Positions 8,948 to 17,753 of a stretch of 64,000 nucleotides of DNA are shown here, piece by piece. The translations under genes were made by a program, and so were the position numbers. A model generated the notes under the pieces. The model had not been told where the DNA came from. It saw only the letters and a program-made list of their open reading frames with translations, and did not search any database. The stretch's first letter is position 1. Each line of letters opens with the position of its first letter. The DNA is from Acutalibacteraceae bacterium (lineage in GTDB: Bacteria > Bacillota > Clostridia > Oscillospirales > Acutalibacteraceae). The stretch spans positions 53,648 through 117,647 of the forward strand of contig JAZUOH010000005.1 of assembly GCA_045604525.1 (NCBI GenBank), in the 5' to 3' direction.

Positions 8948-9961
8948 TTAGTAGATTTCGGAAACCTTAACGGGTCTGCCTTCAGCAACGCTCTTCTTTG
9001 CGGCAAGTGCAACAACAATTGCGGCAAGACCGTCGTCAACGTTTGCGGGCACTTCTTTATCGTTGATTACCGCATCAACAAACTGAAGCATCTCATCACG
9101 GAATGACTGCATATAACGCTCAAGGAAGAAGTAGAGCGGCTTTTCACCCGTGCAGCCGTTTTCGTCCATAAGCACAACGTTTGAGGGTGTGTCGTTGGAT
9201 GCGCAAGCGGCACCCTTGCTGCCGAATACTTCAACTCTCTGGTCATATCCGTAAGCGGCACGGCGGCAGTTATCAATAACGCCTACTGCACCGTTTTCAA
9301 ACTTGAGCGAAATAACAGCTGTGTCAACGTCGCCTGCCTGACCGATTGCGGGGTCAACAAGGCAGGTTGCATTTGCATAAACCTCTGTAATGGGGCTGCC
9401 TGCCATAAAGCGTGCCATATCGAAATCGTGTATTGTCATATCAACAAACATACCGCCCGAAACTGCGGCATATTCTGCTGAAGGCGGTTCGGGGTCACGT
9501 GAAGTGATTTTTATAACCTCAACGTCGCCGACCTTGCCGTCGTTAATCATCTTTTTTATGGTTGCAAAGTTGTGGTCGAAGCGGCGGTTGAAGCCAACCT
9601 GAAGCTTAACGCCTGTTTCTTTGACTGTGTCAATAACAGCCTGCACCTTTTCGGGTGTGAGGTCAACGGGCTTTTCGCAGAATACGTGCTTGCCTGCCTT
9701 TGCTGCGGCAATTGCAATGTCTGCGTGTGTGTCTGTTGATGAGCATACAAGCACTGCATCAATGTCCTTATCTTCAAGCATTTCTACGTAGCTGTCGTAG
9801 ATTTTTTCAATGCCGAGCTCCTCGCAAAGAGCGGGAAGATGGTCCTTGTATACGTCTGTAATGCCGAGAACCTTTGCTGTGGGAACGTTGTAGCAGATTG
9901 ACTGAGCGTGAAGCTTGCCGATTCTGCCTGCGCCTATGATACCGATGTTAAGCTGTTTCAT
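8948..9961 (-). CDS. iolG: Inositol 2-dehydrogenase (Gfo/Idh/MocA family)
   Basis: IGIIGAGRIGKLH Rossmann motif, the EKP motif (FCEKPV), GFNRRFD, and its position as first gene of the iol operon. Substrate specificity is inferred from context. Confidence 0.8.
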   Translation of the reverse strand: MKQLNIGIIGAGRIGKLHAQSICYNVPTAKVLGITDVYKDHLPALCEELGIEKIYDSYVEMLEDKDIDAVLVCSSTDTHADIAIAAAKAGKHVFCEKPVDLTPEKVQAVIDTVKETGVKLQVGFNRRFDHNFATIKKMINDGKVGDVEVIKITSRDPEPPSAEYAAVSGGMFVDMTIHDFDMARFMAGSPITEVYANATCLVDPAIGQAGDVDTAVISLKFENGAVGVIDNCRRAAYGYDQRVEVFGSKGAACASNDTPSNVVLMDENGCTGEKPLYFFLERYMQSFRDEMLQFVDAVINDKEVPANVDDGLAAIVVALAAKKSVAEGRPVKVSEIY

Positions 9962-9976
9962 TTTGATAACCTCCGC

Positions 9977-10007
9977 AACGGAAAATTTTAACGGAAAAAT
10001 TATAACA
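9977..10007 (-). promoter_or_regulatory. Candidate iol operon promoter (extended -10 TGtTATAAT) plus a tandem AACGGAAAA direct repeat over the start-site region
   Basis: On the minus strand, TATAAT is the complement of 9999-10004, with TG at 10006-10007. Just downstream lie two copies of TTTTCCGTT (complement of 9977-9986 and 9990-9999, period 13), between the -10 and the RBS GGAGG. Confidence 0.35.
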
Positions 10008-10070
10008 CTTTTAATATAAAAAATCTATATATACAGACCAAAAAATTATAATAAAATAATATATTTTTAC

Positions 10071-10099
10071 TTGTAAAATACACGCGTATGTAGTATAAT
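10071..10099 (+). promoter_or_regulatory. Candidate sigma-A promoter for miaB
   Basis: TTGTAA (10071-10076), a 17-bp spacer, then TATAAT (10094-10099), about 45 nt upstream of the TTG start. Confidence 0.45.
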
Positions 10100-10144
10100 A
10101 TAAAAATTAAAATAGGGTTTTATGTCCCTTTTGGAGGTATTGGT

Positions 10145-11563
10145 TTGTCACAGCAGGATTTGCGTCGTTTTGACGTTCCTTTTGATGATATAAAAAAACA
10201 GCGTGAATATGCCGCTATGGCAAAAACCGTGCTTGATGCACGAATGGGTAGCGGCGAAAAGCTCGCCTACGTTCACACGTTCGGCTGTCAGGGCAACGTG
10301 TCCGACAGCGAGCGGCTCAAGGGCTGGCTGAGTCTTATCGGCTACAGCTTTACGGAGGATATTGAAAAAGCAGATTTTGTTCTTTTCAACACCTGTGCCG
10401 TGCGTGAGCACGCCCATGACAGAGTGTTCGGAAATGTCGGTGCACTCAAGCCTATAAAAGAAAAAAAGCCCGATATGATAATTGCTCTCTGCGGCTGTAT
10501 GATGCAGCAGGAGCACGTATGGCAGAAGATTAAAAAAAGCTATCCTTTTGTTAATCTTGTTTTCGGCACACATTCGCATCACCGTCTGCCCGAGCTTCTC
10601 TACAAAGTTCTTCGCGGTGGCAAGCGTGTGTTAGATGTTTTTGAAACAGAGGGCTTTATTGCCGAGGGTATGCCTGTTCACCGTGACGGCACATTCAAGG
10701 GCTGGCTTCCGATAATGTACGGCTGTAACAATTTCTGCAGCTACTGTATTGTGCCTTACGTAAGGGGCAGAGAAAGAAGCAGGCGCAGTGAGGATGTGCT
10801 CAAAGAAGCACGTGAGCTTATTGCCGCAGGCTGTAAGGATATAACTCTGCTCGGTCAGAATGTCAATTCATATAACCGAGGCAGTGACGAAATGAGCTTT
10901 GCACAGCTTCTTCGTGAAATAAATGCTATAGAGGGCGATTTCAGAATCCGTTTTATGACCTCACACCCTAAAGACTGTACGCACGAATTGCTTGATGCAA
11001 TGGCTGAATGTGAAAAGGTGAGCAAGCATCTTCACCTGCCCTTCCAGAGCGGTAACGACAGGGTGCTCAGGGAAATGAACAGGGGATATACAAGAGAAAA
11101 ATATCTCTCCCTTGTTGAGTATGCCCGCAAGGTTATGCCGGATATAAGCCTCACCAGCGATGTTATCGTCGGCTTCCCCGGTGAAACCTACGAGGAATTC
11201 TGCGATACGGTTTCGCTTGTTGAGCAGGTTGGCTTTACCTCGCTCTTTACTTTCATTTATTCTCCCCGTGAGGGTACAAAGGCGGCCGCAATGCCCGACC
11301 CCGTAAGCCGTGAGGAAAAGGGCAGATGGTTCCGTGAGCTCACACTTGCGCAGGAAAAAATCGCATCCGAGCGTTGCTCAAATATGATAGGCAAAACCTA
11401 CCGAGTGCTTGCGGAGGATTTCAATAACGGTATGCTTGCAGGCAGAACAGACGGCAGTGTTATGATTGACTTTGCAGGTGATGAATCGCTTGTCGGATCA
11501 TTCTGTCAGGTCAAGGTGACCTCTGCACGCAACTGGACTCTTTCAGGCGAATTGATAAGTTAA
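10145..11563 (+). CDS. miaB: tRNA-2-methylthio-N6-dimethylallyladenosine synthase
   Basis: UPF0004 N-terminal Cys triad region (FGCQGN...NTCAVRE...CGCM), the radical-SAM motif CNNFCSYC and a C-terminal TRAM-like domain. It has the conserved position upstream of ymcA-mutS. Confidence 0.9.
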   Translation: MSQQDLRRFDVPFDDIKKQREYAAMAKTVLDARMGSGEKLAYVHTFGCQGNVSDSERLKGWLSLIGYSFTEDIEKADFVLFNTCAVREHAHDRVFGNVGALKPIKEKKPDMIIALCGCMMQQEHVWQKIKKSYPFVNLVFGTHSHHRLPELLYKVLRGGKRVLDVFETEGFIAEGMPVHRDGTFKGWLPIMYGCNNFCSYCIVPYVRGRERSRRSEDVLKEARELIAAGCKDITLLGQNVNSYNRGSDEMSFAQLLREINAIEGDFRIRFMTSHPKDCTHELLDAMAECEKVSKHLHLPFQSGNDRVLREMNRGYTREKYLSLVEYARKVMPDISLTSDVIVGFPGETYEEFCDTVSLVEQVGFTSLFTFIYSPREGTKAAAMPDPVSREEKGRWFRELTLAQEKIASERCSNMIGKTYRVLAEDFNNGMLAGRTDGSVMIDFAGDESLVGSFCQVKVTSARNWTLSGELIS

Positions 11564-11620
11564 AACCCCACTCAAAGTGGTTTTATAAAAATTAAAATAT
11601 ATTTTTAGGAGACGAAAACA

Positions 11621-12034
11621 ATGGACATCATCAAACTCACAAGAGAACTCGGCAAGGCAATCCAGGCAGACGAAAGATATGCTAAGTTTGTCGAGGCAAG
11701 AGAAACAAACGAGAAGGACGACGAGCTCAACGAGCTTATCAGCAGAATGCAGCTTGTTCATATGAGCTATCAGCACGAGGCATCAAAGGAAGATGCTAAA
11801 GAGGACAAGCTCTCCGCTTACGAGGAGGAGTTTATGGCTCTTCGTGACAAGATTATGAACAACCAGAACATGATTAACTACGAAAAGGCAAGAATGGATA
11901 TCGACGAAATGATGAACTACATCGTTGCAATTCTCACCGAGTGCATCAAGGGTGAGGACCCCGAGACCTGCGAGCCTCCCAAGGAGCACTCCTGCAGCGG
12001 AAACTGCTCATCCTGCGGCAGCGACTGCCACTAA
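11621..12034 (+). CDS. ymcA: YmcA/YlbF-family (RicA-like) regulatory protein with a Cys-rich C-terminal tail
   Basis: DIIKLTRELGKAIQADERY..F........D.EL..LI is typical of the YlbF/YmcA family. Its position between miaB and mutS mirrors B. subtilis ymcB-ymcA-(cotE)-mutS-mutL. Confidence 0.7.
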   Translation: MDIIKLTRELGKAIQADERYAKFVEARETNEKDDELNELISRMQLVHMSYQHEASKEDAKEDKLSAYEEEFMALRDKIMNNQNMINYEKARMDIDEMMNYIVAILTECIKGEDPETCEPPKEHSCSGNCSSCGSDCH

Positions 12035-12039
12035 TTGTT

Positions 12040-12198
12040 GATTCCTTTATCGGATTTAAGTGTATGTGCCTTGCCACTGATTTCTTTGCATATTTTTGCC
12101 GTAATGCTCGGCAATACACAAAGTATTGCCTGCGCTTACGTCTTCAATCTGCTTTGAAATCAATCGGCAAATCACACACACCAATCCGAACAGAAATC
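12040..12198. repeat. About 160-bp imperfect palindrome (long interrupted hairpin)
   Basis: Arm 12040-12117 and arm 12123-12198 are reverse complements in blocks: GATT, CGGATT, TGT.TGTG, TTGCC, TGATTTC, GCA, CGTAA and GGCAATAC/GTATTGCC next to a 5-nt loop. The blocks are separated by internal mismatched segments. Confidence 0.6.
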
Positions 12199-12274
12199 AA
12201 AAAGCACAGAGTAAGCGGTATAAGTATATTGGTTTTATTCTGAAAATTTTTACTACTTTTGCGGAGGCGTGCAA

Positions 12275-14893
12275 ATGGCTGAATTATCACCTATGATGAA
12301 ACAGTATATGGAAATCAAAAAGAATTATAAGGATACTATCCTTATGTTCCGTCTCGGCGATTTCTATGAGATGTTTTTTGAGGATGCCGAAACTGTATCA
12401 AGAGAGCTGGAGCTGGTCCTTACGGGACGTGACTGCGGCCTTGAGGAGCGTGCACCAATGTGCGGTGTGCCTTACCACAGTGTTGATTCTTACCTTGCAC
12501 GTCTTATTGCAAAGGGCTATAAGGTTGCCATCTGTGAGCAGATGGAGGATCCTTCAACTACAAAGGGAATTGTGCGCCGCGATGTTGTGCGAATCGTCAC
12601 ACCGGGTACTGTAATTGAGAGCAGTATGCTTGATGAAACACGCAACAATTTCCTTTGCAGCATTTTCTGCCGTGACGGTGCGGCAGGTGTATGCTTTGCC
12701 GATGTTTCAACCGGTGCAATGCACCTTACCGACGTTGACGGCAAACAGCTTGAAAATAAGATTATCAATGAGCTTGCACGCTTTATGCCTACCGAGATTA
12801 TTCTCAACCGTGAGGCTGCAACGCTCAAATTGCTCCGTTCCTTTATTACCGACAAATGCTCGGCACTGACCGAGACCTTTGATGAGGATTACTGCCTGCT
12901 CAATGAGGCAACTGCGGCGCTGTGCTCTCAGTTTGGCTGTAACACACCCGAGGATGTTGCACACGGAATCGGCACGCAGGGTATTATGAGTGCAGGCATC
13001 TGCCTTAAATATCTGCGTGAGGTTCAGCGCAGTGACCTTGTCAATATCCGTTCTCTCGATTATTACAGCGAGAGCGGCTTTATGAAGCTTGACCTTGCGG
13101 CAAGAAGAAGCCTTGAGCTTACACGCACAATGCGTTCGAATGAAAAAAGAGGCTCGCTTCTGTGGACTCTGGACAAGACCTGTACCGCAATGGGTAAGCG
13201 TGAAATCAAAGAGTGGCTTGACAGACCTCTCACAAATCCTGCCAAGATTATAGGCAGACACAATGCCGTTGACGAGCTTACGCAGGATGCGATGCTCTGC
13301 GGCAATATTGCCGCTTCACTCAGCGGCATAAATGATATCGAGCGCCTTATCACACGTGTTTCCTACGGCACTGCAAATGCAAAAGAGCTTCGTGCTCTGA
13401 GTGCCGCAATAGATAAGCTGCCCGATGTAAAGGCAAGCATTTCACAGTGCCGTTCGGCACTGCTCACCGAAATCCGTTCAGGCATTGACACGCTTGAGGA
13501 TGTTTCGTCGCTTATAACTGCGGCTATTGTTGACGAGCCGCCGTTCTCCGTTCGTGAGGGCGATATGATTCGTGACGGCTTCAATCCCGAGCTTGACGAG
13601 CTTCGTGATATTGTCAATAACGGCAAGGGCTTCCTTGCGGGTATCCAACAGCGTGAGCAGGACAGAACGGGTATCAAAAAACTTAAAATCGGCTATAACC
13701 GTGTGTTCGGTTACTATATAGAGGTTTCAAACTCCTTCAAGGAGCTTGTGCCCGAAGATTATATCCGCAAGCAGACCCTTGCCAACTGCGAGCGTTACAT
13801 TACGCAGGAGCTCAAGGAGCTTGAGGCAAAGGTGCTCGGTGCACAGGGCAGAATCGTTCAGCTTGAGTTTGAAATTTTTTCACAGGTGCGTGATAAGACG
13901 GCACAGCAGCTGGGCAGAATTCAGCGCACTGCAAATGCTGTTGCAAGGCTTGATGTTCTCCGCTCGTTTGCCGCATCTGCACTTGAAAACGGATATATCA
14001 GACCCGAAATTACAGATTCTTCAACGCTCCGAATTACAGACGGCAGACACCCCGTAGTCGAGAAAATGCTCGGCGGTATGCCTTTTGTGCCCAACGATAC
14101 GCATCTCGATTGCGGCGAAAACCGCTGTGCTATCATAACAGGCCCGAATATGGCAGGTAAGTCTACATATATGCGACAGATTGCCATTATCGTAATTATG
14201 GCGCAGGCTGGCTCATTTGTGCCGGCACGCAGTGCCGTTATCCCGATTGTGGACAGTGTGTTTACACGTGTCGGTGCATCGGACGACCTTTCGGGCGGTC
14301 AGTCAACCTTTATGGTTGAAATGAGCGAGGTTGCTTCAATCCTCAAAAATGCAACCTCAAAAAGCCTTATCATCTTTGATGAAATAGGCAGAGGCACTTC
14401 TACTTATGACGGTATGAGCATTGCACGTGCGGTGCTCGAATATGCCGCAGATAAAAAGAAGCTCGGTGCAAAAACACTTTTTGCAACCCATTATCACGAG
14501 CTGACCGAGCTTGAAAACACCGTTGACGGTGTTAAAAATTACAATATCTCCGTCAAAAAGCGCGGCGATGATATAACCTTCCTTCGTCGCATTGTCAGAG
14601 GCTGTGCAGACGGCAGCTACGGTATAGACGTTGCAAAGCTTGCGGGTGTGCCCGACAGCGTTGTAAAGCGTGCACGCCAGGTGCTTTCCCAGCTTGAATC
14701 AGACGACCCGAAGCAGACCTCGGCACCCAATTTCTTCAGCTCTGTTGACGATAACGATATGCAGCTGTCATTTGCCTCAAATGCAGGCAGTGAAATTGTC
14801 GATGAGCTTAAAAACCTCGATATAAATACACTCACACCCATTGAGGCTATGAGTGTGCTCTATAAATTTGTACAGAAAGCAAAAGAAACTTAA
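12275..14893 (+). CDS. mutS: DNA mismatch repair protein MutS
   Basis: MAELSPMMKQYMEIK..., FYEMFF.DA, and Walker A GPNMAGKST. The start is moved to the ATG at 12275, 7 nt after GGAGG, rather than the GTG at 12269. Confidence 0.95.
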   Translation: MAELSPMMKQYMEIKKNYKDTILMFRLGDFYEMFFEDAETVSRELELVLTGRDCGLEERAPMCGVPYHSVDSYLARLIAKGYKVAICEQMEDPSTTKGIVRRDVVRIVTPGTVIESSMLDETRNNFLCSIFCRDGAAGVCFADVSTGAMHLTDVDGKQLENKIINELARFMPTEIILNREAATLKLLRSFITDKCSALTETFDEDYCLLNEATAALCSQFGCNTPEDVAHGIGTQGIMSAGICLKYLREVQRSDLVNIRSLDYYSESGFMKLDLAARRSLELTRTMRSNEKRGSLLWTLDKTCTAMGKREIKEWLDRPLTNPAKIIGRHNAVDELTQDAMLCGNIAASLSGINDIERLITRVSYGTANAKELRALSAAIDKLPDVKASISQCRSALLTEIRSGIDTLEDVSSLITAAIVDEPPFSVREGDMIRDGFNPELDELRDIVNNGKGFLAGIQQREQDRTGIKKLKIGYNRVFGYYIEVSNSFKELVPEDYIRKQTLANCERYITQELKELEAKVLGAQGRIVQLEFEIFSQVRDKTAQQLGRIQRTANAVARLDVLRSFAASALENGYIRPEITDSSTLRITDGRHPVVEKMLGGMPFVPNDTHLDCGENRCAIITGPNMAGKSTYMRQIAIIVIMAQAGSFVPARSAVIPIVDSVFTRVGASDDLSGGQSTFMVEMSEVASILKNATSKSLIIFDEIGRGTSTYDGMSIARAVLEYAADKKKLGAKTLFATHYHELTELENTVDGVKNYNISVKKRGDDITFLRRIVRGCADGSYGIDVAKLAGVPDSVVKRARQVLSQLESDDPKQTSAPNFFSSVDDNDMQLSFASNAGSEIVDELKNLDINTLTPIEAMSVLYKFVQKAKET

Positions 14894-14910
14894 AAGCAAG
14901 GTGAGAATCA

Positions 14911-16785
14911 ATGCCTAAAATCAATGTGTTACCAAGAGAGATATATGAGCTTATTGCGGCAGGCGAGGTCGTTGAAAGACCGTCATCTGCCGTAAAAGAG
15001 CTGCTCGAAAATTCCGTTGATGCTGGCGCTGATTCAATCACACTCGAAATCAAAGCAGGCGGTATCAAGTATATCCGCATCACTGATAACGGCTGCGGCA
15101 TTGCACGTGAAGACGTTAAAAACGCATTCACAGGCCACGCAACAAGTAAGATTTCAGTATCCGATGACCTTGACTGCGTTGCAACTCTCGGCTTCAGAGG
15201 TGAGGCACTTGCTTCAATTGCCGCTGTCAGCCGTGTCGAAATGTTTACACGCACCGCAGAGGAGGAAACGGGCACTCACGCCGTTGTCGAGGGCGGTCAG
15301 TTTATAAGCGTTGATGATGCGGGCTGTCCCGTTGGCACAACAATTGTAGTGAGAGATATTTTCTATAACGTGCCTGCCAGAATGAAATTTCTCAAAAAAG
15401 ACGTTACGGAGGCTAATTCCGTTGCCGCCGTTGCAGACAGGCTTGCTGTGTCCCACCCCGAAATTGCCGTGCGCTTTATCCGTGACGGTAAGCAGACTCT
15501 CTGCTCCTCGGGCGACGGTAAGCTTATCAGCGCAGTTTACGCTGTTTACGGCAAAGAGTTTGCAGACAGCCTTATTCCCGTCAGCGGATCTAACTCAACC
15601 GTAAAGGTTGACGGCTATGTTTCAAAGCCGCTTAACGCCAGGGCAAACCGTAATATGCAGCTTTTCTACGTCAACGGCAGAATGGTGCGCACAAAAACGG
15701 CCTGTGCCGCACTTGAAGAAGCATTTAAGGGCTCGATTATGGTTGGCAAATTCCCGTCCTGCGTGCTCAATCTCACAATGCCGTATAATTTTGTTGATGT
15801 AAACGTTCACCCCGCAAAGACAGAGGTGCGTTTTGCCAATGAAAAAGAGGTTTTTTCAGCTGTTTATTATGCGGTTAAAACTGCAATTGAGCAGGGCGAC
15901 AGAGTGCCTGTGCAGGATGCCTCGAAAATTATAAATCAGCGTGTGCAGAAGCAGTGGTTTGCCGCCGCAGAGCCCGCAAAGCAGGTGCATTTTCAGCCTG
16001 TTGCACCTGCACCACAGAAACCTGCCGAGCCTGCTGTATGCGAACAGCCGTCGGTGCTCAGAGTGGAATCTCCCACAGACGGTTATTCTGCCGAAAAGGA
16101 TGAGCCCGACCTTATCGGCGGTTTCACTTCGGTAAAAAAAGAGGTTGTAACCGCAGAAGCAAAAACGAAACAGCCCGAAAACAAAGAAGAAAAAATTGCT
16201 CTCACCACCGAGGATGTGCCGCAGGCACGTGCGATAGGTGAAGTGTTCTCAACATATATACTTGTCGAATACGGTAAGGAATTATTACTGATTGATAAGC
16301 ACGCCGCACACGAGCGGATTATTTACGAACAGCTCAAGGCGCAGAATAAGAACATCGCTTCGCAGATGCTTATCAGCCCCGTTGCCGTGCATTTGAGCCG
16401 TGAAGAATATGCGGCAGTTACGTCGGATTTGGATTTGCTTGCAGATTCGGGCTTTTCGGTTGAGGATTTCGGCGACGGTACGGTGCTTGTCAGCGAATAT
16501 CCCGTGATTCTTGAGGGTACGGATATTGCCGCCCAGCTTACCGAAATAGCAGGCTATCTTGCCAAAAATATCCGCCAGGTAACAACCGAAAAGCTGGATT
16601 GGATTTTCCACTCTGCAGCCTGCCGTGCCGCTGTAAAAGCGGGCGACAGCACATCTCTTTACGAAATGCAGAAATTTGCCGAAAAGGTGCTTTCAATGCC
16701 CGATATCCGCTACTGTCCTCACGGCAGACCCGTAATAGCCAAGCTCACACGGCACGAGCTTGAGCGACTCTTCGGCAGAGTATAA
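14911..16785 (+). CDS. mutL: DNA mismatch repair endonuclease MutL
   Basis: GHKL ATPase motifs (ELLENS.DAGA, DNG.GI, GFRGEAL) and a C-terminal dimerisation/endonuclease domain with DKHAAHERI. Confidence 0.95.
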   Translation: MPKINVLPREIYELIAAGEVVERPSSAVKELLENSVDAGADSITLEIKAGGIKYIRITDNGCGIAREDVKNAFTGHATSKISVSDDLDCVATLGFRGEALASIAAVSRVEMFTRTAEEETGTHAVVEGGQFISVDDAGCPVGTTIVVRDIFYNVPARMKFLKKDVTEANSVAAVADRLAVSHPEIAVRFIRDGKQTLCSSGDGKLISAVYAVYGKEFADSLIPVSGSNSTVKVDGYVSKPLNARANRNMQLFYVNGRMVRTKTACAALEEAFKGSIMVGKFPSCVLNLTMPYNFVDVNVHPAKTEVRFANEKEVFSAVYYAVKTAIEQGDRVPVQDASKIINQRVQKQWFAAAEPAKQVHFQPVAPAPQKPAEPAVCEQPSVLRVESPTDGYSAEKDEPDLIGGFTSVKKEVVTAEAKTKQPENKEEKIALTTEDVPQARAIGEVFSTYILVEYGKELLLIDKHAAHERIIYEQLKAQNKNIASQMLISPVAVHLSREEYAAVTSDLDLLADSGFSVEDFGDGTVLVSEYPVILEGTDIAAQLTEIAGYLAKNIRQVTTEKLDWIFHSAACRAAVKAGDSTSLYEMQKFAEKVLSMPDIRYCPHGRPVIAKLTRHELERLFGRV

Positions 16786-16796
16786 GAGGTGCAGAT

Positions 16797-17753
16797 ATGA
16801 GCAAAAAAATACCGCTTATTGTTGTTGCGGGGCCTACCGCATCTGGCAAAACGGCGCTCGGTGTCGAGCTTGCAAAAAGGCTTGACGGTGAGGTTGTTTC
16901 AGCCGATTCAATGCAGATTTATCGTGGTATGGATATTGCGAGCGCAATGCCTACCGAGGATGAAATGCAGGGTGTGCCGCATCATTTGATTAAGTTTTTG
17001 CCGCAGAGCGAGCGCTACAGTGTGGCGGCATACTGTCAGTCGGCAAATGAAGTGATTGCCGACGTTGTTTCAAGGGGTAAACAGCCCATTGTTGTCGGCG
17101 GCACGGGTCTTTATATAAATTCGCTTGTCGATAATATTGAATTCACGCAGGAGGAAACTGACCTTGCTCTGCGTGAAAAGCTGAACTCAAGGCTTGAAAA
17201 AGAGGGTATAGCCACACTGCTCAAAGAGCTTGCGGAGGTTGACCCCGAAAGTGCGGCAAGGCTTCACGAAAACGATACAAAACGCATCTTGCGTGCGCTT
17301 GAATTTTATTATCAGACGGGTGTTACAATAACAGAGCAGGCACGTCTTTCACGCCTAAACGGCTCTCCTTATAAGCCGCTTATTATCGGACTCAATGCCC
17401 GTAACAGAGAATTTCTCTATGAGCGTATCAACAGACGTGTCGGCATAATGGCAGAAAACGGTCTTGCAGAAGAAGCAAAAGCCTGTCTTGCCGATACAAA
17501 GGCTACCGCCGCACAGGCAATAGGCCATAAGGAGCTGATTCCTTATTTCAGCGGAGAAATAAGCCTTGAGGAAGCGCTGGATAATTTAAGACAGCAGACA
17601 CGCCGCTATGCCAAGCGTCAGCTTACGTGGTTCCGCAAGGATGAGCGTGTGAATTGGTTATATATTGATGAGTATGCATGCTTTGAGGCACTTGCCGATG
17701 ACGCATACAACCTTTGTAAAGAGTTTTTGAAAGGGGAGGAGAACAATGGCTAA
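16797..17753 (+). CDS. miaA: tRNA dimethylallyltransferase
   Basis: P-loop GPTASGKT, SADSMQIYRGMDI, and ...RQ.TWFR near the C-terminus. Confidence 0.95.
   Translation: MSKKIPLIVVAGPTASGKTALGVELAKRLDGEVVSADSMQIYRGMDIASAMPTEDEMQGVPHHLIKFLPQSERYSVAAYCQSANEVIADVVSRGKQPIVVGGTGLYINSLVDNIEFTQEETDLALREKLNSRLEKEGIATLLKELAEVDPESAARLHENDTKRILRALEFYYQTGVTITEQARLSRLNGSPYKPLIIGLNARNREFLYERINRRVGIMAENGLAEEAKACLADTKATAAQAIGHKELIPYFSGEISLEEALDNLRQQTRRYAKRQLTWFRKDERVNWLYIDEYACFEALADDAYNLCKEFLKGEENNG

Noticed and set aside
12040-12198. Integron attC site or retron msr/msd as explanations for the long palindrome
   Set aside because: No integron integrase or reverse transcriptase gene is present in the window. 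The ends do not match the RYYYAAC / GTTRRRY core sites. The palindrome is kept as an unexplained finding instead.
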